A stretch of 64,000 nucleotides of DNA from Lytechinus pictus (lineage: Eukaryota): NCBI RefSeq assembly GCF_037042905.1, contig NC_087245.1, forward strand, positions 26,290,001 through 26,354,000. Direction: 5' to 3'. How positions within the stretch are numbered: the first letter of the stretch is position 1; the number at the start of each line of letters is the position of its first letter. The position numbers and the translations under genes were made by a program. The notes beneath the pieces are model-generated. The model searched no databases, was not told where the DNA came from, and saw nothing but the letters and a program-made list of their open reading frames with translations. Of the stretch, positions 39,780-51,100 are shown in pieces.

Positions 39780-41740
39780 CTTTCAGTATAAAAATAAAAA
39801 AATTCGCTCGCGCTTTGCATTAATACACAGCCATCTCCTTATTTCAAAACGTGCTTTAAAATTTTTTAACTTTTTAGATCGAAATATATAAAAATCAATT
39901 CATTTATTGAGGAAGATATCCATCTTTTTCATAATTTTTAGGTTTAAATCTTTAAAAAAAATTAGCTCGCGCTTTGCGCTCGCATTGCTTATTAAGATAA
40001 ACTGCTTGTTCTTTATTTCAAAAGTGCTTGAAAGATCCAGTTTTCAGATCTGAATAAAAAAATCATTTCGCGCTTCGCGCTCGCATCAGTAATATGGTTG
40101 AGTCAGATACTATCCTGTTTATTGCTATAAGGTGAAAAGAAGATGACTTTTTTGGTCGGAAAATAAAAAAAAATCAGGATGCGCTTCGCGCTCACATTAA
40201 TTAAAATTTAGTTAGATAGCTACCCTGTCCTTGATTCTAAAATATGCTGATAATACCAATTTTCAAGCCGGAAATGACATATCTTCAGCACACACTTCGC
40301 GTTCGAATCTAATATAGTTTAGTAAAATTCCTATCCTGTTCATGATTTGAAAAAGTGTTACGATTGTCCAGTTTTTAGGTTGGAAAATATAAACTTTCAG
40401 CTCGCCCTTCGCGCCCACATTAATTGTTTAGATTCCTATCCTGTTCATATTTTTTTTAAAGAACTAAGAATGTCTAGTATTTAGGTTGGAAAAAAAAAAA
40501 AACTTTCACCTCTTGCTTCGCGATCGCATTAATTGTTTAGATTCCTATCCTGTTCATAATTTTTTTTTTAAGTACTAAGAATGTCTAGTATTTAGGGTGG
40601 AAAATAAAAAACTTTCAGCTCGCGCTTCGCGCTCGCATTCATTATTTAGATTCCTATTCCGTTCATTATTAAGTGCTAAGAATGTCCAGTCTTTAGGTTG
40701 GAAAATAAAAAACTTTCAGCTCGCGCTTCACGCTCGCATTAATTGTTTAGATTCCTATCCTGTTCATATTCTTTTTAAAGTGCTATGAATGTCCAGTATT
40801 TAGGTTGGAAAATCAAAAATTTTCAGCTCGCGCTCGCATCTATTATTTAGTTTAATTCCTATCCTGTTCATGATTTGAAAAAGTGTTACGAATGTCCAGT
40901 TTTTAGGTTGGAAAATATAAACTTTCAGCTCGCCCTTCGCGCCCACATTAATTGTTTAGATTCCTATCCTGTTCATATTTTTTTAAAGAACTAAGAATGT
41001 CTAGTATTTAGGTTGGAAAATAAAAAAAACTTTCACCTCTTGCTTCGCGATCGCATTAATTGTTTAGATTCCTATCCTGTTCATATTTTTTTAAAGAACT
41101 AAGAATGTCCAGTCTTTAGGTTGGAAAATAAAAAACTTTCAGCTCGCGCTTCACGCTCGCATTAATTGTTTAGATTCCTATCCTGTTCATATTCTTTTTA
41201 AAGTGCTATGAATGTCCAGTATTTAGGTTGGAAAATCAAAAATTTTCAGCTCGCGCTCGCATCTATTATTTAGTTTAATTCCTATCCTGTTCATGATTTG
41301 AAAAAGTGTTACGAATGTCCAGTTTTTAGGTTGGAAAATCAAAAACCTTCAGCTCGCGCTTCGCGCTAGCATTATTTTATTAGATTCCTAACCTGTTCAT
41401 TATTTTTATAAAACTGTTAAGAATGTCCAGTTTTTAGGTTGGAAAATCAAACACTTTCAGCTCGCGCTCGCATCTATCATTTAGTTGAATTCCTAATCTG
41501 TTCATGATTTGAAAAAGTGTTACGAATGTCCAGTTTTTAGGTAATTCCTATCCTTACGAATGTTTAGTTTTTAGGTTGGAAAATCAAAAACTTTCAGCTC
41601 GCGCTTTGCGCTCGCAATAATGGTTTAGGTAAGTTCGAATCTAGTTCATGATCACAAAAAAATGTTCAGAATGTTCAATTTCCAGGTCACAATTTATGAA
41701 ATATCATCATATTTAGGCTCGCGCTTCGCACTCGTTTTAC
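39780..41740. repeat. ~100-bp tandem repeat array (GCTCGCGCTTCGCGCTCGC core) with higher-order structure
   Basis: The unit tttcagctcgcgcttcgcgctcgcattaattgtttagattcctatcctgttcat...gtccagtttttaggttggaaaa recurs about 18 times. Confidence 0.9.
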
Positions 41741-41937
41741 TTTTTAGCGCGTTGTTTTTTATGCTTTGCGCACTGCGTTTCTTGGTGCTGTTGACTAATA
41801 AATTCATCATTTCCTGATGAAGCCCTATGGGCGAAAATTTGATCAACTTTTCTCTCTACGGTTGTTTTATTCATCTTGTATTTTGCTTTATACTACCACA
41901 ACTGACGCAGGACCTTCATTTTTAGTCTTGTCTGATC

Positions 41938-41982
<45 letters not shown>

Positions 41983-42015
41983 AAACATATATATATGTAT
42001 GTGTGTGTGTGTGTA
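41938..42015. repeat. Compound (TA)n(TG)n microsatellite
   Basis: Read directly from the sequence. Confidence 0.9.
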
Positions 42016-42365
42016 TGAAAACGGAAAACTCAATTGTGTCCCCCCTACCTTCAAGGAGAGATTTCCGCCCATGCTAGAACTGTTTCACCGGCGCAGCAAA
42101 TCTTTAAAATTCAATATCTGATTTTGATCCGAATTTTCAGCATTTTGCTTTGTGAATTTTACTCTATTTATTGAGATATGAATATTTAGCCTGGAGTATC
42201 CATTTAAGGCCGGGAGTTGCATTAATTTTCAGAACATGGAATATACTTGTTTAGGGTGCTTTTCGAAACCCCATGGTCACGCTTGGTATCCGGGCATGTT
42301 ATAACCACTCGTCAAGTGCCCCCCCCCCCGGCCCCGGGCGTCGATCCGTGATCATGTCCGACACC

Positions 42366-44318
42366 CAGGGCCGTAGCTATAGAGGGGGGGGGGTATGGGG
42401 GTGTGACACCCCCCCCCAACATTCATGGCAGTTGGCAAAATCATGTATCAGTTGGCAAAATGGAGGATAGGGGAGAAAAAGAAAGAGGGAAAGGAAGGAA
42501 GAGAAAAAAGGAAAAAGGAGAGAGGGGGAGAGAAAGAATGAAAAAAAAAAAAATAGGGGTACCAACTTCGTAGAAGGTTACGACTTATAGAGTAAAGACA
42601 TCCAGTTGGCAAATCCAAGTCCATGTAGCTATACTAGACAGCAAAATACAAAGGACAAAACAGATGGAGCTATAATAACACACAAAGTAAGCCCCCGGTC
42701 CTCCCCCAATATAAACAAGCTTGTGAGTTTGCAAATTATACCACAATTATTGACGATTTAACAAACACATTAGTTTTGTAAAATTAGAGGCAAGACTAGG
42801 TAAAGAAATATGGGGTGGGTGAACTTCAAAGGTTTAAGTTGAATAATCAAAGCCAAAGTATAGTTGGCAAATTATAAAGTGGGCCTATTAAAGTGGCAGA
42901 ACACTATATGCTCTACCAGTCAGCAAAGCACAAGTACTGCCCCGTTTCAGATCTGATAAGAACAGAACACAAGACTTAAAAAACTGGTAAGTCTGCAGTT
43001 GGCAAATTGAACATGCCTGTGAGAGCAGTCGTATCATACAAGAGATTTTCAACATCATGCAAGAGTTGCATGTGTTCTTCTCCAGTAGCACAAAGCGACA
43101 TGATGTCCTAAGTAAGTGCATGGAAGATGTTGCCAATGCCCTAAAGCTCCGGAACCTGTCACAAACACGGTGGACAGCAAGGGCAGAATCAATCAGAGCA
43201 GAATGGTCGTCATATGAAGCCATTCGAAAAGCTTTGGAAGAAATCACAACTTCTGCAACCCCTACCGACAGGCAGTTGGGTGCGCAAGCTTCAGGTATAC
43301 TATAAAGAAGATGAAGACTTTAGATTTCATCATATCGCTGATGTTTATGAAGAACGTGATGATGAAAACAAGCAATCTCACTGAATCACGCCAGAAAGAA
43401 GATTTAAATATCATAGATGCTCTGGAGCTAACATAATCAGCTGTCACGTCACTTGAGCGCTTGAATGGTGACACCAATGCCTTGGATGCTCAAATTCAGG
43501 CTGCATGCACCTATGCCAGGAAACTGGACATTGATCCAGAGCAGGACTACCAGAGGCACCATCACGTTAGACGCCCACCAGCAAGGCTTGATGACGCTCC
43601 TCACACTGCAGCAGCATTATCACTCCATGCATTCTACAGGAAAGAGTTCAAGAGCGTGTTGGATACACTGATACTGCAATTCAAGGAGAAAATGCAGCCA
43701 ACACCTTACAAAGTGAAGCCAATGTCACGTTTGCTCTTGCCTCCAACGCCAGCAACTCCAACTATGGCAGATGTTGTTGACTTTTGTAAACTCTTTCCAA
43801 AAGAAGTAGATCACGAGGCATTGAAAGTGGAACTAGAATGCTTCCATGACATGGCAGTGGCAAGAGATCTGCAAAGTGTTGCTGACGCAGCCACTTTGGC
43901 ATTTGACAAGAAGTATATTCTTCCTCTCACTTGGAATGCTTACAAGCTTCTCATGACAGCACCAATAAGTGTTGCAAAGGATGAACGCACCTTCAGCCAT
44001 ATGAAGTTTATTAAGAACTTTTATAGATCAACCATGGGATACCGGCGACTGGACAACCTGCTACTCCTGAACTGTGAAAAGGACCCAAAATGTTTATTTT
44101 TACAGTGCAAATATCTTTGTATAATTTACCTTAAAGTATTCACCAAATGCCAATAATTCAATTCTAAAAATTCAAAATCTTTTAGCATGTGATTATTGTA
44201 GGGGGGGGGTACATCCCCCATCAGACTCCCCCTGTGCTCACGTTACGCCAAATTTAGTTGGCAAATTTAGTTGGCAAATTTAGCTGGTACACCCCCCCCC
44301 CCAACAAAATGCTTCTGG
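42366..44318 (+). mobile_element. Defective hAT transposon with a disrupted C-terminal transposase fragment (ZMYM1-like, hAT dimerisation domain)
   Basis: Left TIR CAGGGCCGTAGC and a damaged right TIR, with CGACACC duplicated at both flanks. Fragments ELHVFFSSSTKRH, LSQTRWTAR and TAPISVAKDERTFSHMKFIKNFYRSTMGYRRLDNLLLLNCEKD lie in 43020-44085, interrupted by frameshifts and stops. Confidence 0.85.
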
Positions 44319-44840
44319 CGACACCTACCCGTGACGTATACCAATTAAAATATATCGTACTTGTTTAGGGGGTCAATAAGGGAATACTTGTCAAGGGTAC
44401 CGTTTTGTTTCCAATACAATTTAATACTTGTTAAGGCGGTATGGGTTTCACAGTCATGTCAATACATGCAGGGGTACATTTTCAGATCATGGAAAATGAC
44501 TTGTTGCTTTTCGAAATCCCATGCGGGTCACGCACTCCACTCGTTAATGGAAGTGCCCCGGGGCCTATATAGGCCTTTATATTTGTTTCATTCAAAGAAC
44601 AGGATCGAGTCCCTGAAAATCTCGAATCTATATCTGTTCAGAATAATATCCTTTATAATTAGGCCCGGCCAAGTTCCTGAACTGGAAAAAAAGATAAACT
44701 TGCGCATTATAACTCGATTGGATTGAAAAAAAAAAGCTTGCCGGCAATAAACTGTTAACACAAATTTACTAAATGAATATTCACCGACCAAACCTTATAA
44801 TTCTTTATTTCTAGTTATAGTACATGCATAGGCCTACAGT

Positions 44841-44997
44841 CACTGGCGTACCTAGGATTTTCCAGGATTTTCGTCAGGGGGGGGGGACAAAAAGGTCTTT
44901 CAAGCTCGTCAGGGGGGCAGGGATACATGCATGGGTGGTGGCTCGTCAGGGGGGCAGACTGCCCCTCTGCCCCCCCCCCCCCCGTAGGTACGTAGTG
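44841..44997. mobile_element. Small hAT MITE
   Basis: CACTGGCGTACCTA ... TAGGTACGTAGTG with TSD CCTACAGT at 44833-44840 and 44998-45005. Confidence 0.8.
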
Positions 44998-45979
44998 CCT
45001 ACAGTGAACAACTAACAAAAATGTCTCGATGGTTAAAGAAGGAATTAATAATTTTCAATGGTGTCGCATACGTGTATGCGTTATATTTTATATAGGATTT
45101 GAAAATAATATACCACTGAGTGCACAAAACTGTTGAGGCGAAAAGAATAATGTATATAGACCGATATATCTAAGATTAATGAATTTCTTGAATAAATATA
45201 AAATAATTTAGACTTTCAATTTGCCAAATTTCACAAAAATATAGTCGGCCCCTACATCTCACGTTACTCTCTCATTTGTTGACAAAATCACAAAAGCTAT
45301 TGATAACTTTTTTTTTTCTGGATTCACCTCTAAGGCATTTGACGCTAGAATCATTTGTGGAAAGGCCTTCAAGAGGTTTAGAAACTATACGTACCCGGCG
45401 CATATCGTAAACAAGCATAAGCATGAACAACATTATTTTCTTCGGGTGTTCACCAAGGCATGCAGCCTATTCCACTTTTATTTATAATCGATAAAAATGA
45501 AATCCAGAACACTCTTCTTATACGTAGGCCTATATCCTTTAGCCGATTCGAATGCGCTCTGTTTTCATCATAGGCTATAATCCCGATATTTTAATTAATA
45601 ATTTCTGAACTAGATAAGTTTGACTGTCATAATTATACGGGGGATCGATATAGGCATCATACGGGCGCCCCCCCCCCCTCCTCCCCCGGCTTCTGAGTAG
45701 ACATGCCGGGTTGTTTTGTTCTCTTTAAAAATTGAGGTAAGAATTGTTCAGTGTTTATCAAAAACATGTATAATTTTAGGCGTATCTCGGTCATCAAAGG
45801 TGAAAACAAAGGTCAATTACCTTGAATCATACGCTGCAGAGCAACTTGAGCAAGAGACAACATAATATAAGGGGTATTAACAGGCCTATACTGACTCAAA
45901 ATGCTGATTTGGCACATTTCGGGACAATAGAACAAAGAATAACTTGAAGTTACAAAGTATTATAGTGTTGCATTATTTC

Positions 45980-47428
45980 CACTGGCGTAAATCCGTGTTG
46001 ATGGGTGGGGGGATAACTGAAATATTTTGGCATTTTTTTGCAATCATGTTTTTAGATATGCAAGGAATTGTCATTGATATGTCCACAGTGGCGACCGTGG
46101 GTCACGGCATGGGGGGGGGGGGGCACCAGCAAAATTTTTGAATGACTGAGTGAGTGACCTAATAGAGACATTTTAAGGACAATGTCATTAAACGGATATG
46201 TATCTCACTGATCAAATAATACGAGCGCGAAGCGCGAGCTGATTTTATTTTATTTTCACACCTATAAAAAGGGACATTATAATCAAATTTGTGTAATCAT
46301 GATAGGTACCTGTCTCGCTTAACAATGCGAGCGCGAGCTGAAAACTTAGATAATTCAGACCTGAAGTGGGGCATTCTAAGGTTTCTTTGTAGGAATTAAC
46401 TAGGACCATACGTATTTCATTAACCAAATGGTGCGAGCGCGAAGCGCGAGCTGAAAATTTTTGATATTCAGATCAGAAGAAGGGACATTTTAAGGACTGA
46501 TTTTAGGAATTCATGAAGAGCAGACATATCTCACCAATCCACTAATGCGAACGTAATCACGGACAGGAAATGTTTCATATATACGAAGACCTTAACATGG
46601 GGCAATCACTTTTTGAGTCGTGGAAAAGAAGCATATGTCACTACATAAAACAATGATTACTCAAGTGCTAGGAAATATATTTGGTTTATATTGACTTGAA
46701 AAGGGAATGTTTTAGTACAACAGGATTATATATCTCGTTAAACAGACAATGCGAGCACCAGGAACAATGAAGACGTAGGCCCTGGGCAAATTATGTTTCA
46801 TAAAGTTATGATAAAAATGTTTCTTACGTAATGTAACTTAACATAGTTATAATATAATATAACATTCTAATGAATAATATTTTCTTCTTTCCCACTACGT
46901 TTCTCTTCCTTTCTCCCTCTTTTCTCCTTTTCCCCCTTTCCCCGTTTTTTTTGTCAGCCGATGGGGGGGGGGGATGTGCCCCCCATGTCCCCCGTAGTTA
47001 CGCCACTGTATGTCCATATGGCAAATACCCCTCCAATATTATTATCTTTTTTACCACATGATGGTTTAATGGTTTTATTAGAGATTACATTCAACAAATT
47101 TTTGACATTCCATCTTAATCCCTTCCCAAAGACCCCAACATTGATGAATTGGAAGAAACGGGGGTTTCTCTTCAATGTTATAATAAGGACATAAGTATTT
47201 CGTTTGGAAATGGTGAACTGGCTCTTTATCTGCATCTTATGATTCAATAATATTTTATTTGTTAAGCGGTATTTTTGGAAGAATTTTCACCAATAAAACA
47301 ATTATCTCTTGTGATTTTTTTTTCATTTCTTTCGTAAAAAGTGGGGGGATGTTTGTACAGGCCATCCCCCCTCCTCGAAAAGTGTGGGGGATATATCCCC
47401 CCCCATCCCCCCGGGATTTACGCCAGTG
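45980..47428. mobile_element. hAT MITE (TSD ATTATTTC) containing a nested hAT MITE
   Basis: CACTGGCGTAAATCC ... GGATTTACGCCAGTG with ATTATTTC at 45972-45979 and 47429-47436. Confidence 0.85.
46086..47008. mobile_element. Nested hAT MITE (TSD TATGTCCA)
   Basis: CAGTGGCG ... CGCCACTG with TATGTCCA at 46078-46085 and 47009-47016, plus internal gcgagcgcgaagcgcgagc repeats. Confidence 0.85.
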
Positions 47429-47799
47429 ATTATTTCGGTGAAAGAGGCTGAAAAAAAAGAAGAATTTATGACTGATTTGATATGCGCGTAAGACAGGCAT
47501 CATTTGCAAGAAAGTGGGATGCCGTGGATGAAGCCAATTGCAATTTGCATGGCGGTGTGTATATATCTATCATTACTCCCTAATTCTAGTTTCAGTGTAT
47601 TGCTCTTGGTGAATTTTACTCTTATACCGATGGGTGAGGCTCATGTGTAACTATGTTTTTTCAAAAACATGCATGGAATAAAATGCACGAAAATACGCCT
47701 AATTCAAAAGGAAGTGAGGCGGGTGTGCATTGGGATTCGGTGAGATCGAAGAGGCGACCTTTCTCCACTCGGATAATGTAGGCGGTGATCATGTGTGAA

Positions 47800-47892
47800 A
47801 ATCACGTGACTTTGTTTACAATAATCACGCAGCTAGCTGTACAAAGATTGCCTATAGCTATGCAGCTGGGGAACCATGGCGACGTGGAAACA
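47800..47892 (+). promoter_or_regulatory. Candidate proximal promoter of the C7orf57-like gene: E-box, forkhead site and partial X-box
   Basis: TCACGTGA at 47802-47809, TGTTTAC at 47813-47819 and CCATGGCGAC at 47874-47883, all in a CpG-rich segment ~250-330 bp upstream of the ATG. Confidence 0.35.
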
Positions 47893-48135
47893 GCGTGAAT
47901 TGTGAGTTGCACACACACGTACGTACACGTACACCGGCATACGAACCGTACAGGACCGACCGCACGTGCACCGGAGAGAAATATCCTGCCGACAGCGCGC
48001 GCGGCGTGCATGCGAGATCGAGATTGACCTGCTCAGCTGCTGGACTGTTTTACGATCAGATTGATTTTCGCAGAAAGATATTTAACATCAAATCAAGATC
48101 TAGTGCATCGTGAGGACTGTTGAAAATCACACACC

Positions 48136-51100
48136 ATGCCTGGAGCCGGAACTCAAGGTAGGCCTAACTTTGACCATCTTATTTTTATTCCAATCCAATT
48201 CATCATTCAACTTCAAGTGACAAGTCTAAGTTACTAATACCGGTACCGTACCGGTACCACCTCGAGCGAAGTTCGTGCAGGCTCCACTCCACCTCACTAC
48301 CGCTACACTACGCTTCACCTACCCGGGTAGGTGAAGCGTAGTGTAGCGGTAGTGAGGTGGAGTGGAGCCTGCACGAACTTCGCTCGAGGTATAATACCGG
48401 TAGTATGGTTGGAACTACCCCTTATCGACCACCTAATCTTCTAAGCATCGTATCTGCGAAAATATTCATCAATTTTACCCAGTTTTCGTCTCATTTGTGC
48501 AGAAAATTGAGCAGATCAGATTCCCATGTTTCGCTCGGCGACTCCGATTCAATCCGCGTATATATCGACGAACAACGAATACGACGATTTTACATTTGCT
48601 CATTTGCACCCATCTTTTGAAACCGACCACCCGCGATACGCTAAGTTTACGGCCGATTCTTGTCGCGGTGGCGAAATATTTTCACTCTTCAAAATCAGTT
48701 ATATAATGTCAACATGCTAAATTATCGTCTCACTACTTCCATCTGTCCATTGCGAGCTCCGGCACATGATTCGACGATTGACGACGGATATTTGTTCTAA
48801 AGCCGTTTCCTATCGGATTTCTTTGTTTTTTCAGCGGGTTTGGGTCTGGTCATAACAATTTTGATTAATTCTACTGAATTTTTACTTTTCATTGCTTCTT
48901 TTTTTTCTTGTAAAATCGATTCTTGCCGTTTCTATGGACACTGCGCCTACTCTCCCGCGCGTATCGTTTGTAATACGCAATAATTTTAACGCGCGCAAGG
49001 TGGTCGGTTTCAAAAGAGGTGGTCGATATGTGGTAGTCTCACCATACTTTATTACTAATACTAGTAAAGTTAGCAATAGGCCTACAGTATTACAGGTACG
49101 GTACCGTAAGGGCACTAGTATTCAACCCGTTTGGAGAGTTTCCTCAAATATATAGAAATATAGAATTTACCTGAATTTCAGACCCGTCTTATTTCCAAGA
49201 GCAAATGCTGGTTATTCTTTTTCCGTTATTTTTTTCTTCAACCAGTTGACTGTGTGCGCGGGCGATCGAATTATACGGCGACGGATTTTGGTACTAGTAT
49301 TCAACCTAGCGATGAAAGATGGCCCTGTCTCTCAATCTGCCCTTGTCCCATCCGACTATGGACTAGACCATTTGAGATGAGACCAAACAGGGAATTAATC
49401 AAAGCCAGAGACTTACATAGATCTAGATCTAATTTAGCAATCGAAACCTTTTTGAGATTTGCTATCAATCCTCACTAGGTTGAATACTAGTACCATTCAG
49501 TGCAAAAGGCCATCGCCGCATAATTCGACCCTCTGCGCATACAGTCGACAGATTGACAAAGAAAATATCGACAACACATTTTTTGACATTACCCTGGAAA
49601 TAACAAAGGTGTGAAATTAAGATAAATTCCCCATTTCTAAATATTTTGGGGAATATGTCAAAATCTTTGAATTATGCCGGGTTGAATACTAGTACCCATA
49701 CGGTAGTGAGGTACGGTACCGGGTACTATTGATTCTAAAAAAAATGCAATGACAACGTCATGTCAGTTGTCACATTGATGATAGATAATCAACTTGGCTG
49801 CCAGAAAATGTGAAGAACATGTCACTACATTTAATTACATAACCGATAGCTATACGCACTTTGTTTTCAAATGATAAAAACTATGTCTATGCCAATTTTA
49901 ATATTTGAACAAATTATCTTTCTTTAATTTGTAGTAAATATTCTTAAGATCCTTAAAAACCAAGAAGAAAATATCACAAAACTCACTAATACGAAAATCC
50001 TGCCGTGTTTTCCGAATGCCTCTTGATTTCGCCGCCGGATTTAGAAGGGGTCCTAAACTCTATTTATCATGCAAATAAATGGTATTTTCTGTGCCTCAAT
50101 TTCTAAAATACGTTCGTATTAGGCCTAGTGTAGGAAAATATAAAATTAAAGTGAATATAACTCCCAAATTCCAAACATTTGCTGGTTTTCTCTGCATTTA
50201 AGGATTTATTGCAGCCTCTGTAGAAAAATTGAATAGGGATCGTTCGTCACTCTGCAGTCACAGCTTCACACACAGAGCTAGAGTGCGCATTTATTTTGCC
50301 ATTGGAATTGCAAAGGAGTGGTGCATAGCTTTAGGACCCTCTGCCATTCACTCAAAATATAGAAAGAAATTGTGAGGCCAAATCATTGACTTTTTGGACA
50401 CATGTAGTGATGTACCCAGTTGTTGTGTGTTCGGACGATCAATTTTAGAAAGTCATTTGGAAAAATTTACAAGCGAAGTTTTATCAATTTTTAGTACAAA
50501 ATGTTAGGAAATACTATAGAGAACAAAATAGAAGATGATTACAACTATTGAATTCATATTTTTAGTGTAATCCAAAGACAAAAAAGAAGGCTTCAAAAAT
50601 ATAAAGTGTCCGGACACCCGATCCCCCATCCTACCCCGGTAAGTCTTGCCCATGTGGAACTAGTACAGCACAAAGCTCGTGCCATTGCCTACCCTACCTA
50701 AGTATATAGGGTGCCTCACGAAACTCTGAAATGGGGGTCTAGGATAACCTTAGGTCTGAAAAAGGGGGTCATCAAAGCGGCACGTCCGATATGCGTCATG
50801 TAGCTTGGCAAAGAACAAAAAGAAACAAGATGGCAACGTAAACATCGCGGCAGGTTTTCCCCGTCATATGATATTTTTCATGTTTTTAAAATGAATTCTT
50901 GCTTAAAAAATGAAATCTATGTCGTATAAATTTTGGAAATGAAGCTGTATCCCATTTACATGATTAAGGGCTAGATCTTTTAAAGTAGAAATCTCTGGGG
51001 CGAAAATTTCAGTGTTTTTCGCGGTACACGCACATGAATGGGACGCAATCCCTGGCTCCTTGGAGAGTAAGCGCACGTTAGTGTCGTGTTGGGATCGGTA

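Larger units (their letters stand above)
37915..42073. mobile_element. 4.2-kb non-autonomous hAT element carrying a tandem array
   Basis: TIR CATGGGCGGAAAT / ATTTCCGCCCATG and a perfect 8-bp TSD CTAGAACT at 37907-37914 and 42074-42081. Confidence 0.88.

Noticed and set aside
43057..44156. Possible domesticated ZMYM1-like gene
   Set aside because: It has frameshifts and stops, lacks the N-terminus, and is flanked by a TIR and TSD, which indicates a dead transposon.
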